Assembly: GCA_964485575.1 (NCBI GenBank)
Contig: CAZAJO010000003.1
Span: forward strand, 19,722-83,721
Direction: 5' to 3'
From: an uncultured Gammaproteobacteria bacterium
GTDB taxonomy: Bacteria > Patescibacteriota > Microgenomatia > Levybacterales > GWA1-39-11
Length of the DNA stretch: 64,000 nucleotides
In this document: in pieces, positions 9,060-18,948 of the stretch
Numbering within the stretch: position 1 is the stretch's first letter
Layout of the letters: every line of letters starts with the position of its first letter
Notes under the pieces: model-generated
Databases searched by the model: none
The model's input: only the letters and a program-made list of their open reading frames with translations
Told to the model about the DNA's origin: nothing
Translations under genes and position numbers: made by a program

Positions 9060-10496
9060 ATGCCATTATCTATTAGTAGACATCACCTCAAAAAAATTGT
9101 TAAGAAAACGCACTATTACTCCAAAGGTCCGTTTTGGTTTTTGGTTGGCTTCTCGATAGCTGGTCTTACTATCATCTCCATTTGCATAATAGTTTTTCAG
9201 AATATGTATAAGGATATCGTTATCCCGGGTGTATACGTTGATAGTCTTGATGTCAGCGGCAAGACACAAACTCAAATCGAAAATATCTATGACAATAAAA
9301 ATGAACAGATCAAAAATACTACATTTACCTTTACCTTCAATGACCTTGTTGCAACAGCATCGGCAAAGGAGCTAGGTATAGGGTATGATTCAAAATTGAT
9401 AGCTCAACAGGCAGAAAGTTTGGGTAAATCTTCAAATCTTCTAACCAATATATTTATAGTAGCAACCTCTTATATGAATGGAACGACACTTCATTCCTCC
9501 TACACTTTCAACTCTGACAAATTTGCAGAGCTCGTAAAACCGATGCAAGAGAAAGCATACAAAGAGCCGATCAATGCACAATTTGAAGTTGAGAATAATA
9601 GAGTCAAAACCTTCAAAGAATCTAAAGATGGCACACAACTAGACGTTGCCAAAGCTCAACAATTCATGGAAGAAGCTGTTGGAAAAGCAGTTAAGGGTGG
9701 TGCGACACAAAATTTTAATTTCCAAATTCCTGCTATAACACTAAAACCAGATGTTACGACTGAAGAAGCTAATTCATTTGGGATTGTTGAGGAGATAGGT
9801 TCAGGCACCTCTTTATATAATCACTCTATCCCAAATAGGATCCATAACGTAAAACTTGCAGCGTCTCGAGTAACTGGAATTTTAGTGAAACCAGGTGAGG
9901 AGTTTTCTTTCGATAAGTATTTAGGGGATGTATCAAGGGCAACTGGATACGCAACCGCGTATGTCATTTCCGGTGGAAAGACAGTCCTTGGCGACGGTGG
10001 TGGCGTGTGCCAGGTTTCAACAACGCTATTTCGAGCGATTCTCAACGCCGGACTGCCAATAACGGAAAGGCATGCTCATGCTTATCGTGTTGGATACTAT
10101 GAAGAAGAATCACCTCCGGGAATTGATGCCACCGTCTTTTATCCATCAGTTGATCTTAAATTCGTAAATGACACGGGAAACTATATCCTTATTCAGTCAA
10201 AAGCATCTGAAGATGAACTAAGACTTACCTATACTCTTTACGGAAAGAAGGATGGAAGAACAATTACTATGACAACACCGATTGTCACCGGGTATTCTCC
10301 TGCACCTGAAGCTCTCAGGCAAGATGATCCGACACTTCCAAAAGGAACAGTAAAACAAATCGACTTTGCGGCAGCTGGTGCAACCACTTCATTTCGAAGG
10401 ACAGTAAAGGATAAGAATGGTAAGATCATGATTGATGAGAATTATGTCTCAAGGTACGCTCCTTGGCGGGCTGTATTTTTGGTTGGCACAGGTTAG
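9060..10496 (+). CDS. VanW-family protein with N-terminal membrane anchor
   Basis: 478 aa, GDGGGVCQVSTTLFRAILNAGLPITERHAH block typical of VanW domains. Confidence 0.65.
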   Translation: MPLSISRHHLKKIVKKTHYYSKGPFWFLVGFSIAGLTIISICIIVFQNMYKDIVIPGVYVDSLDVSGKTQTQIENIYDNKNEQIKNTTFTFTFNDLVATASAKELGIGYDSKLIAQQAESLGKSSNLLTNIFIVATSYMNGTTLHSSYTFNSDKFAELVKPMQEKAYKEPINAQFEVENNRVKTFKESKDGTQLDVAKAQQFMEEAVGKAVKGGATQNFNFQIPAITLKPDVTTEEANSFGIVEEIGSGTSLYNHSIPNRIHNVKLAASRVTGILVKPGEEFSFDKYLGDVSRATGYATAYVISGGKTVLGDGGGVCQVSTTLFRAILNAGLPITERHAHAYRVGYYEEESPPGIDATVFYPSVDLKFVNDTGNYILIQSKASEDELRLTYTLYGKKDGRTITMTTPIVTGYSPAPEALRQDDPTLPKGTVKQIDFAAAGATTSFRRTVKDKNGKIMIDENYVSRYAPWRAVFLVGTG

Positions 10497-10510
10497 AATA
10501 CTGTTAGCTT

Positions 10511-11503
10511 ATGGCAAATAAAAAAATCGCTATCTTTTGTGGTGGACCATCTTCTGAACACGAAGTGTCTCTTCTTAGCTCTAAAAATATTTACAAATTC
10601 ATTGATAAATCCAAGTACTCAGTCGTTTTCTTTTATATAACAAAGGATCTAAAATGTAGATTTGCTGATGACCTGGATGCACTTGAGAAAAATTCGGATT
10701 CAGATCTAACGTTCCTTGACGGGTTAACAAAAATAAAATCAGAAAATTATTTCGCGCTTCTTGCCGGGCTTCACGGAGAATTTGTCGAAGATGGAAAAAT
10801 CCAAACAATTCTGGAGTACTTTAAAATTCCTTATTTAGGTTCTGGTCCTGCTGCAAGTTCATTGGCAATGGATAAATACCGGGCTTCACTGCTTATAGGT
10901 ACTTTAAAGAATGTACTTATTCCTAAAACCTTCAAGGTGGAAAAGAACAACTCTATACCAAAAGGATTTTCTACATCACTCGTCGTAAAACCGAATACGA
11001 TGGGCTCAAGCATCGGAATATCTATAGTTAAATCAGAAGATGAATTTCGTAAGGCTGTCGAATATATAAAAACAAACTATCCATCACAGGAAATAATAGC
11101 CCAAGAATATTTGGAAGGCGCGGTTGAGATCCAATGTGGAGTCCTTCAGAAAAAAGACGGTAATTTCGTGGTGCTTCCTCCTATCGAAATCATTCCTAAA
11201 AAGAATGTGTTTTTTGATTATGATTCTAAATATCTTGTTGGGGGTGCGACTGAGATAACACCACCGGTAAGCGTTACTAAGAAAGTTGCTGATGAACTTT
11301 CTCAACTATCTATAGACGTACACGTACTTTTAGGACTACGGACTTATTCAAGAAATGATTTTCTTATTCATAAGAAAAAAATCTATTTTCTAGAAGCAAA
11401 TACTCTTCCAGGTATGACTGCTACTTCGCTCCTACCCCAGGAGGCAAAGGCAATCGGAATTTCATACACTCAACTTTTAGACTTTCTTATTGAAAACGCA
11501 TGA
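10511..11503 (+). CDS. ddl: D-alanine--D-alanine ligase
   Basis: 330 aa, ATP-grasp. The N-terminus MANKKIAIFCGGPSSEHEVSLLSS matches the Ddl family. Confidence 0.85.
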   Translation: MANKKIAIFCGGPSSEHEVSLLSSKNIYKFIDKSKYSVVFFYITKDLKCRFADDLDALEKNSDSDLTFLDGLTKIKSENYFALLAGLHGEFVEDGKIQTILEYFKIPYLGSGPAASSLAMDKYRASLLIGTLKNVLIPKTFKVEKNNSIPKGFSTSLVVKPNTMGSSIGISIVKSEDEFRKAVEYIKTNYPSQEIIAQEYLEGAVEIQCGVLQKKDGNFVVLPPIEIIPKKNVFFDYDSKYLVGGATEITPPVSVTKKVADELSQLSIDVHVLLGLRTYSRNDFLIHKKKIYFLEANTLPGMTATSLLPQEAKAIGISYTQLLDFLIENA

Positions 11504-11952
11504 CCAAGATTCTTACTGACAGTAATTTCGCCGATATCCCAAAAGAAGGAATCGTGCTTGCTGGAGGTTGTTTTGACGTAATTCATTTAGCCCACATAAA
11601 ATTCCTAAAACTAGCAAAAGAGAAAGGACAATTTTTGGTACTACTTCTTGAAAGCGATGAAAATATTAGGCAAATGAAAGGTAAATATAGGCCAGTGAAC
11701 AATCAAATTACTCGTGCAGAAAATTTATCCAAGCTAGAAACCGTTGACTATATTATTTTACTCAAAAAGCCCACTTCGTCCAACTATTACGAAAACATTG
11801 TAAAATCAATTCAGCCTGATATAATTGCAGTAACTAAAGGAGACCCCATGCTTTCAGTTAAAAAATTGCAGGCAGAGGAGGTCAACGGAAAAGTTATCGA
11901 AGTCATGGAGAGAAATAAAGAATTCTCCTCAACCAGAATAATTGAAAATTGA
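11500..11952 (+). CDS. Cytidylyltransferase-like nucleotidyltransferase (RfaE domain II / TagD-like)
   Basis: 150 aa with GCFDVIHLAHIKFL (the (H/T)xGH motif of the cytidylyltransferase fold). Confidence 0.6.
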   Translation: MTKILTDSNFADIPKEGIVLAGGCFDVIHLAHIKFLKLAKEKGQFLVLLLESDENIRQMKGKYRPVNNQITRAENLSKLETVDYIILLKKPTSSNYYENIVKSIQPDIIAVTKGDPMLSVKKLQAEEVNGKVIEVMERNKEFSSTRIIEN

Positions 11953-12059
11953 GTTTATACCAGATAACTCTTGCTCAAATTTCCAACTGAAAATTTGAGC
12001 TGAGACTCTCGGTATAACATTTCGCTCAAGGACTGTTATTTGTAAAAGGAGCTCATATT

Positions 12060-12530
12060 ATGAAAAAAATACTTTTAGCATACGGAGCATTAGTTGTAGT
12101 TGTTGTCCTCTTGGCTTTTGCCAAATTCAACGGCTTTAATTTTCTGTCTTCATTCGGCGGAAAGTCTGTTGTCGTGAACAATCATTCATATAAACTTCTT
12201 ATCGCAAACGATGACAAGACAAGACAGGTAGGACTCTCGAAAAGAAAATCTTTAGATAAAAATACCGGAATGCTTTTCATTTTCCAAAAGAAGGGTGTAT
12301 ATAGCTTTTGGATGAAAGATACTGAAATTCCACTAGATATGCTTTTTATAGATGGGGATAAAATCATCTATATCGTAAAGAATGCACCGCCTCAAGCAGG
12401 AAAAAGTGGACTCCTTCCTATATATACACCACCATCTGAGATAAATTATGTCTTAGAACTTAATGGTGGAGAAGTTGATAAAAATAAAATAAAAACTGGT
12501 GACAAAATTACTCTCAAAGGAGTTAAATAG
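12060..12530 (+). CDS. DUF192 (COG1430) family protein, secreted or anchored
   Basis: 156 aa with an N-terminal hydrophobic segment and a GMLFIF...FWMKDTEIPLDMLFID block typical of DUF192. Confidence 0.6.
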   Translation: MKKILLAYGALVVVVVLLAFAKFNGFNFLSSFGGKSVVVNNHSYKLLIANDDKTRQVGLSKRKSLDKNTGMLFIFQKKGVYSFWMKDTEIPLDMLFIDGDKIIYIVKNAPPQAGKSGLLPIYTPPSEINYVLELNGGEVDKNKIKTGDKITLKGVK

Positions 12531-12540
12531 TAATTCCCCT

Positions 12541-13704
12541 ATGCGCATCCTTGCCATTGAATCTTCATGTGATGAAACGTCTGCTGCAGTTCTGGAAAAA
12601 AATGGTGACGAGATTGTTGTACTCTCCAACATAACTGCTACCTCTCTTGAAATGCATGCTGCAACAGGAGGCATTATCCCTGAGAATGCAGCCCGCATGC
12701 AGGTAAAATACATCCTTCCAGTGATAGTAGAAGCACTCAATAAAAGTAAGGGGATGAACGGTGGATGGAAAACGGCGAGGGTAATTTTGAAAGATGATAT
12801 TGATGCGATTGCCGTAACGTATGGGCCAGGCCTTATTGGAAGTCTTCTTGTTGGTGTTGAGACCGTCAAAACACTAGCTTACGTTTTTGACAAACCAATT
12901 ATTCCAGTCAATCATCTACTCGCACACATATATGCAAACTTCCTTAGCGTAAATCCGAAAAAACTAAACCTTAAACCCTCTGCACTTGATATAACTAAAC
13001 CCTTTCCTTTTATAGGGCTTATTGTATCCGGTGGGCATACTGATTTACTTCTATTCAAAAAACACGGTGACTATGAATGGCTTGGGGGAACAAGAGATGA
13101 TGCTGCCGGTGAAGCTTTTGATAAGACTGGACGGATACTAGGTCTACCCTACCCAGCAGGCCCAGAGATTGAACGTCGTGCAAATTTAGTCACAAAAACT
13201 GATATCCGCTTTAAAAGCCCAATCATTGGGGAAGATAATTTTGACTTTTCATTTTCAGGACTTAAGACGGAGGTAAGCAGGTATATCGAAAGTGCAGGGG
13301 TGGCTAGCGGGGGGGGACCACCGTCGAGTGCCCGCAACCTGAGTGAAACGAATGGTGAGGACATCGGACGGGGGAGGAGCGACGGCAGGACCCCGTTAGT
13401 AAACCAAATTTGTTATGCCACGCAAAAAGCAATCATTGATGTCCTTGTCAAAAAGACGCTAAAAGCAGCTGAGAGATATAATTGTTCAACTATTTTGGTA
13501 GGAGGCGGGGTATCTGCTAACCAAACTCTTAGAAAAGAGTTTGAACTACAAACTGCAAAATACAAACTACAAACTAACATTGTTTTTCCAGAAAAAAAAT
13601 ACTCTACTGACAATGGTGCTATGATCGGAGCTTATGCATTGCTCAATCAAGCTCCAGTAACATGGAAAGAAGTCAACGCAAATCCTGAATTGTATTTTGC
13701 CTGA
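12541..13704 (+). CDS. tsaD: tRNA N6-adenosine threonylcarbamoyltransferase TsaD (Kae1/YgjD family), with an unusual GC-rich insertion
   Basis: MRILAIESSCDETSAAV N-terminus. I take the start at ATG 12541 after AAGGAG, so the 12499 extension in the ORF track is rejected. A roughly 35-aa G/S/P/R-rich insertion is encoded at about 13292..13400. Confidence 0.85.
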   Translation: MRILAIESSCDETSAAVLEKNGDEIVVLSNITATSLEMHAATGGIIPENAARMQVKYILPVIVEALNKSKGMNGGWKTARVILKDDIDAIAVTYGPGLIGSLLVGVETVKTLAYVFDKPIIPVNHLLAHIYANFLSVNPKKLNLKPSALDITKPFPFIGLIVSGGHTDLLLFKKHGDYEWLGGTRDDAAGEAFDKTGRILGLPYPAGPEIERRANLVTKTDIRFKSPIIGEDNFDFSFSGLKTEVSRYIESAGVASGGGPPSSARNLSETNGEDIGRGRSDGRTPLVNQICYATQKAIIDVLVKKTLKAAERYNCSTILVGGGVSANQTLRKEFELQTAKYKLQTNIVFPEKKYSTDNGAMIGAYALLNQAPVTWKEVNANPELYFA

Positions 13705-13802
13705 CCTCTTGCAAAGCATTTAAAAACCCCTTATACTCCCTCATTCACGGACAAATTTGAAAAAGGGCCACTGTGATATACTGGTTTTTGTCTGTAAAAA
13801 CT

Positions 13803-15833
13803 ATGGTAAAAGATGTAATTTTAGTAGAAAGTCCAACCAAGGCAAAGACATTGACCCGTTTTCTTGCAGGTAAATATACAGTGATTGCTTCAATGGGACA
13901 CATCCGCGATCTTCCTAAAAGTAAGCTTGGTGTTGATCTTGAAAATAATTTTGAGCCTCAATACATCATCCCTAAAGATAAGCAAAAGACCGTAAAGGAA
14001 CTGAAAGAAAAAGTAAAAGGTGCAAAACTAGTTATTCTAGCAACTGACCCTGACCGGGAAGGGGAAGCAATCTCTTTTCATCTTCATGAAATATTAAAAG
14101 ACTTCAACAAAAAAGCAGATTTTGAAAGGATTGTATTTCACGAAATCACCAAAGGTGCAATTGACGAAGCCATGACTCATAAAAGAAAAATTGATCAGGA
14201 TCTAGTGAATGCTCAGACAGCACGAAGAGTCTTGGATAGAGTCGTTGGATATAAGCTCTCCCCTATTCTATGGAAAAAAGTAAAACGCCATCTGTCTGCT
14301 GGCCGTGTGCAGTCAGTCGCATTGAGACTAATTGTTGAGCGCGAAAGTGAAATCAAGAAGTTTGAAAGCAAAACTTTCTTCAGGGTCCTTCTTGATGTTA
14401 ATAAAAAGGATGACACAAATGTTGTCGAATTTGAATTAACAAAAATTGATAATGAAAAAATTGAAAGCTCTACGCAAATAGACCTTTATGATGGTACATA
14501 TAAATATGCGTCAACCTCCGTTACCAAAGAACTTGCAGAATCAGTTCTTAACGATATTAAAGAACAAGGGCTTACTATCATCGATGTCCAACAAAAAGAA
14601 ACCAGACGTTCACCATATCCTCCATTTATAACATCGACATTGCAACAAGCAGCATTCAGAAGATTTGGATATGCCGGAAAAAGGACGATGTCACTTGCTC
14701 AAAGACTTTATGAAGAAGGTTTTATCACATATCACAGAACAGATTCTTTTAACCTTTCAGATGTATTTATCAAATCATCGAGAGAATATATCGAGAAAGA
14801 ACTTGGAAAAGAGTACTTATCACCCGAAGTTAAAGTATTTAAAACCAAATCCAAATCCGCACAAGAAGCACACGAAGCAATAAGACCTGTCAACATAGAA
14901 AGTAAAAAAGAAACAATCAAAAGAGAACTTGGAAATGATTATGCAAATCTATACGATCTTATTTTCAGACGGGCAGTTGCTACTCAAATGTCTGATGCTA
15001 TATTTGGATCGACAAAATTAGTTGGAGAAATCAAGAAAGATAAATCTTATATATTTGAAGCTTCAGGAAGTGTTATGAAATTCCCAGGATTTTTAAAAGT
15101 CTACTCTATCAAAGAAGATGATACTCAAATTCTTCCGGAGATTACGACAGGAGAAATACTAGAGTACAACGATTCAAGAGTCAGTGAGCACACTACCACT
15201 CCTCCACCAAGATACAACGAAGCATCACTTATAAGTTCTTTGGAAAAACACGGCATCGGTCGACCATCAACGTATGCACCAATCATCTCGACCCTTTTTG
15301 ACAGATTGTATGTTGAGAAAAACGAAGCAAGACTTTCCCCTACTGAAATTGGAATATCCGTAACAGAATTTTTAGTTAAGAACTTTTCAAATATCGATGA
15401 TATTCCATTTACTGCAAGGATGGAAGAAGAGTTAGATGAAATTGCTGAAGGAAAAATAAAATGGCAACCAATGATCAAAGAGTTTTATACACCGTTTGCA
15501 AAACAACTAAAGGAGGCTGAGAATGCTGAAGGAGTTAAAATAGAGATTGAATATTCTGACCGGATGTGTCCAAAAGATAATGGTAGGCTTATTTTCAGAC
15601 AGTCTAAATTTGGAAAATTTTTGGCATGCGAGAATTTCCCTGAATGTAGATTCACCGAGTCAGTGACAGAAACTTTGGATATTCCTTGTCCAAAAGATGG
15701 AGGACGGATAGTCATGAAAAGAACAAGAAAAGGAAGAACTTTTTATGGATGTTCTAATTATCCGAATTGCGACTTTGCAGTTTGGAAGAAAGAAGACGTA
15801 GTGCCAAAAGAAGCCCCATCAACTTCTAGCTAA
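13803..15833 (+). CDS. topA: DNA topoisomerase I
   Basis: VILVESPTKAKT..GHIRDLP Toprim N-terminus and C-terminal Cys4 zinc ribbons (CPKDNG..C, CPKDGG..C). I take the ATG at 13803 as the start. Confidence 0.9.
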   Translation: MVKDVILVESPTKAKTLTRFLAGKYTVIASMGHIRDLPKSKLGVDLENNFEPQYIIPKDKQKTVKELKEKVKGAKLVILATDPDREGEAISFHLHEILKDFNKKADFERIVFHEITKGAIDEAMTHKRKIDQDLVNAQTARRVLDRVVGYKLSPILWKKVKRHLSAGRVQSVALRLIVERESEIKKFESKTFFRVLLDVNKKDDTNVVEFELTKIDNEKIESSTQIDLYDGTYKYASTSVTKELAESVLNDIKEQGLTIIDVQQKETRRSPYPPFITSTLQQAAFRRFGYAGKRTMSLAQRLYEEGFITYHRTDSFNLSDVFIKSSREYIEKELGKEYLSPEVKVFKTKSKSAQEAHEAIRPVNIESKKETIKRELGNDYANLYDLIFRRAVATQMSDAIFGSTKLVGEIKKDKSYIFEASGSVMKFPGFLKVYSIKEDDTQILPEITTGEILEYNDSRVSEHTTTPPPRYNEASLISSLEKHGIGRPSTYAPIISTLFDRLYVEKNEARLSPTEIGISVTEFLVKNFSNIDDIPFTARMEEELDEIAEGKIKWQPMIKEFYTPFAKQLKEAENAEGVKIEIEYSDRMCPKDNGRLIFRQSKFGKFLACENFPECRFTESVTETLDIPCPKDGGRIVMKRTRKGRTFYGCSNYPNCDFAVWKKEDVVPKEAPSTSS

Positions 15834-15834
15834 T

Positions 15835-16383
15835 ATGGATATTAAAAAACTTGGAGCAGAAGATCTCAGAGTCGTAACGCCAACAGAAGAACAGCTAAAA
15901 CAGGTCAAAGCATCGCGTCAAGAACTATATATCATTCTTGATAATGTTTTGGACACATATAATATAGGAAGCATCTTTCGCCTTGCCGATGCCGTAGGTG
16001 CAAAAAAGATATTGCTATGTAATGGTAGTGAAACACCACCAAATTCACGGATCCAAAAATCATCGATCGGAACCTGGCAATGGGTTGAATGGGAATACTT
16101 CGATTCAACGGCAAAAGCCATTGAAAACTTAAAACTTAAAACCGAAAACTTAAAAGTAATTGCTGTTGAGTTGGACGACAAAGCAATTGATTATACAAAG
16201 GCCGACTACACTCTTCCAATTGCTCTTGTTGTCGGACATGAATCCGATGGAATAAGTCGAGAAATATTGGACATGTGTGACGAAATTGTCCAACTTCCAC
16301 AGCTTGGGATAAATAAAAGTCTTAACGTGATGGTATCCTTAGGAATTGTCCTTTATGAAGTCTTAGAAAAAACAAACTCCTGA
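15835..16383 (+). CDS. SpoU/TrmH-family RNA 2'-O-methyltransferase
   Basis: 182 aa, LDNVLDTYNIGSIFRLADAVGA SPOUT motif. Confidence 0.75.
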   Translation: MDIKKLGAEDLRVVTPTEEQLKQVKASRQELYIILDNVLDTYNIGSIFRLADAVGAKKILLCNGSETPPNSRIQKSSIGTWQWVEWEYFDSTAKAIENLKLKTENLKVIAVELDDKAIDYTKADYTLPIALVVGHESDGISREILDMCDEIVQLPQLGINKSLNVMVSLGIVLYEVLEKTNS

Positions 16384-16460
16384 GTCTGAACTAGGTATTT
16401 TTCGGGTGACCCGACTGGGGAACCCCCACCTTGCAGTTCTATGGTAGAATATAGGTCATT

Positions 16461-17426
16461 GTGAATATGGAACTGCTCGTTTTATCCTCAATCCTCATCG
16501 TCGGATTTTCAATTGTTATCTATCTGATTGTAAAAAAACAAAGCTCTAATCAGGACAGTACCGTTGTCGAATGGCTCAAGTCTATGGATAAAAGACTCGA
16601 CAATAATTCCCAAGAAGTAAACACAAGACTAAATAATGCCGCGGTTGCTTTTGCTTCTGTCCAAAAAAGTCTTGGTGAGATGAGCGAGATAGGTCGTTCA
16701 ATGCATGATCTCCAAGAATTTCTGAATAGTCCAAAATTGAGAGGAAATATAGGAGAGCAAGTCTTGAAAGAACTACTTTCACAATTTCTACCAAAAAATA
16801 CGTATAAATTTCAACACAGATTCAAGACAGGAAGCATAGTGGATGCCATCATCATTACCGCTGGAGGCACTATCCCAATTGATAGTAAATTCCCCATGGA
16901 AAATTTCAGAAAAATTGCAACAACTCTCGACGAGAAAGAAAAGAAATTAGTAGAAAAAGAATTTATCAACGATATAAAAAAACATATTGATGCTATTTCA
17001 TCAAAATATATATTAACAAATGAAGGGACGATTGATTTTGCGTTGATGTATGTACCCTCTGAATCAGTCTATTACGAAATAGCAAATGAGAGTACACTTT
17101 ATGACCATGCAACAAAAAAAAGAGTTTTGGCAGTAAGTCCCATGACATTTTACGCATTTTTGCGCACAATCCTCATAGGATTTGAGGGACAAAAAATATC
17201 ACAGCAAGCAAATAAAATTTTATCTAATTTAAGATCTATCCAAAAAGAATATGAGAAAACTAATGAGACTTTGGAAACTTTAGGACGTCATGTGACAAAT
17301 TCATATAACATGATGACGCAAGTCTCATCATCATTTGGGAAATTAGGACAACAAATTGATACCACAAACCAGCTAGGAGAAGTGATTGATGATGAACCTG
17401 TCATTCCTGCGAAGGCAGGAATCTAG
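16461..17426 (+). CDS. rmuC: DNA recombination protein RmuC
   Basis: 321 aa with an N-terminal TM helix, a coiled-coil and an RmuC C-terminal domain. Confidence 0.7.
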   Translation: MNMELLVLSSILIVGFSIVIYLIVKKQSSNQDSTVVEWLKSMDKRLDNNSQEVNTRLNNAAVAFASVQKSLGEMSEIGRSMHDLQEFLNSPKLRGNIGEQVLKELLSQFLPKNTYKFQHRFKTGSIVDAIIITAGGTIPIDSKFPMENFRKIATTLDEKEKKLVEKEFINDIKKHIDAISSKYILTNEGTIDFALMYVPSESVYYEIANESTLYDHATKKRVLAVSPMTFYAFLRTILIGFEGQKISQQANKILSNLRSIQKEYEKTNETLETLGRHVTNSYNMMTQVSSSFGKLGQQIDTTNQLGEVIDDEPVIPAKAGI

Positions 17427-17434
17427 TATTCTGG

Positions 17435-17455
17435 ATCCCGCATCGAGTGCGGGAT
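17435..17455. terminator. GC-rich hairpin between the convergent rmuC and oxidoreductase genes
   Basis: ATCCCGCA-tcgag-TGCGGGAT is a perfect 8-bp stem, unusual in AT-rich DNA. The core motif recurs in the recombinase-flanking repeats. Confidence 0.45.
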
Positions 17456-17462
17456 GACTGTG

Positions 17463-18194
17463 TCAGTATCCTTCGAATTCTTCAAATATTATTTTTTCAC
17501 TAAACACTCCCATCCCTCTTACCGCTTCTTTGAGAGCTGTTACCATTGCAGGTGGTCCGGAAAAGAAGTACTTGGAAACATTCAATTCTGAAACGTATTT
17601 CTTGATCATCGTTTCATCAATTCTCCCTATCTCACCATCCCATTCTGAAGGAACCAAACTTTCTTCTGTCAAGGTTGGTACATATGAAAAATTATCCATA
17701 TGATTGTTGGCCTGTCTAAAAAAGTCATCAAAGATCATCTCTTCTCTATTTTTCCAAGAGACAAATAAAATCATTTGAGTGTCCAAATTTTTCTCCGTCG
17801 CATATTTTACAATCGAATGATATGGAGTTATCCCAATTCCCCCAGCCAAAAAAACATGAGGAGATTTATCATGTTCATCAAAATTCAAATCATTCCACGG
17901 TCCATCAAACTGTACCTGCTCTCCTGGTTTCAGTTCTGCAAGTCTCATTTTAAAAGTGCTTTGGATTATTCGAGTTGTGATAGTATAAAATTCACGATCT
18001 AAGGGACTTGAACTAATAGTAAATACGTGTACATCTCCCCGCTCATCAGGATTTTTTATATCAAGCTTTATCTCAAAATATTGCCCTGGTGTGAATTCAG
18101 GTGACTCAGGTGTCCTCTTAAAATAGAAGGTGTAACAATCATTAGTTAACTGTTCCTTCTTAATTAATGGTAAGATAAAATTACCCATGGTCAA
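17463..18194 (-). CDS. FAD/NAD(P)-binding oxidoreductase (ferredoxin-NADP reductase-like)
   Basis: 243 aa with RxYS-type FAD-binding (HVFTISSSP) and GGIGITP NAD-binding motifs. Confidence 0.65.
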   Translation of the reverse strand: MTMGNFILPLIKKEQLTNDCYTFYFKRTPESPEFTPGQYFEIKLDIKNPDERGDVHVFTISSSPLDREFYTITTRIIQSTFKMRLAELKPGEQVQFDGPWNDLNFDEHDKSPHVFLAGGIGITPYHSIVKYATEKNLDTQMILFVSWKNREEMIFDDFFRQANNHMDNFSYVPTLTEESLVPSEWDGEIGRIDETMIKKYVSELNVSKYFFSGPPAMVTALKEAVRGMGVFSEKIIFEEFEGY

Positions 18195-18948
18195 TATTAT
18201 TATAGCATTGGCAATATCGCTTTTAATCCAAATTGTATTTTTTATTTTCGCATATCATTACAAAACGGATAAGGTTACAGATCTTTCTTATGGTCTAACA
18301 TTTATTGTAATAATGATCTTCTTACTTGTTAAGAACGGTGTATCAATTCCTAACCTAATAGTTACTACTCTAGTAATTTTGTGGGCTTTACGACTGACAT
18401 GCTATTTGTTTATTCGGATTCAAAACATTAAAAAGGATGCGAGATTTGATGGTATCCGTGAGAAATTTGTTTCCTTTGCAAAGTTTTGGTTATTGCAAGG
18501 AATAGCCATTTGGGTAATATTATTACCAATCACAGTGTTTACCGAGTATTCATCAAGTTATACATTCAACATCCAACAATTTATTGGATTCTTTATTTTT
18601 ATGCTTGGACTCGTTATTGAAACAGTTTCAGATTATCAAAAATATTTGTTTAAAAGCAAGGGCAATAAAAGTTGGATCCAAACTGGTTTGTGGAGATACG
18701 CTCGTCATCCAAATTATTTCGGTGAAATGCTATGTTGGTGGGGAATCTTTATTATTTGTACCCACTCACTATCAATTCTTTTCTTAACTATAATCGGCCC
18801 TTTGTCTATTACGTTTTTACTTATGTTTGTGACTGGGATACCGCCATTGGAAAAAAGGTACAATCAGAAATTTAAAGAGGATAGTAAATATCAAATGTAT
18901 AAAAAAGAGTCAAACCTCTTAGTTCCTGTACCATTTAAGTTTTTCTAA
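18187..18948 (+). CDS. DUF1295 / steroid-5-alpha-reductase-like integral membrane protein
   Basis: 253 aa, multi-TM, RYARHPNYFGEMLCWWG signature. Confidence 0.6.
   Translation: MVNIIIALAISLLIQIVFFIFAYHYKTDKVTDLSYGLTFIVIMIFLLVKNGVSIPNLIVTTLVILWALRLTCYLFIRIQNIKKDARFDGIREKFVSFAKFWLLQGIAIWVILLPITVFTEYSSSYTFNIQQFIGFFIFMLGLVIETVSDYQKYLFKSKGNKSWIQTGLWRYARHPNYFGEMLCWWGIFIICTHSLSILFLTIIGPLSITFLLMFVTGIPPLEKRYNQKFKEDSKYQMYKKESNLLVPVPFKFF

Noticed and set aside
12499-13802. Longer N-terminal extensions offered by the ORF track for tsaD (12499) and topA (13773, with MIYWFLSVKT)
   Set aside because: The conserved N-termini begin at ATG 12541 (MRILAIESS) and ATG 13803 (MVKDVILVESPTKAKT). The extensions overlap upstream genes or intergenic DNA and add non-conserved residues.
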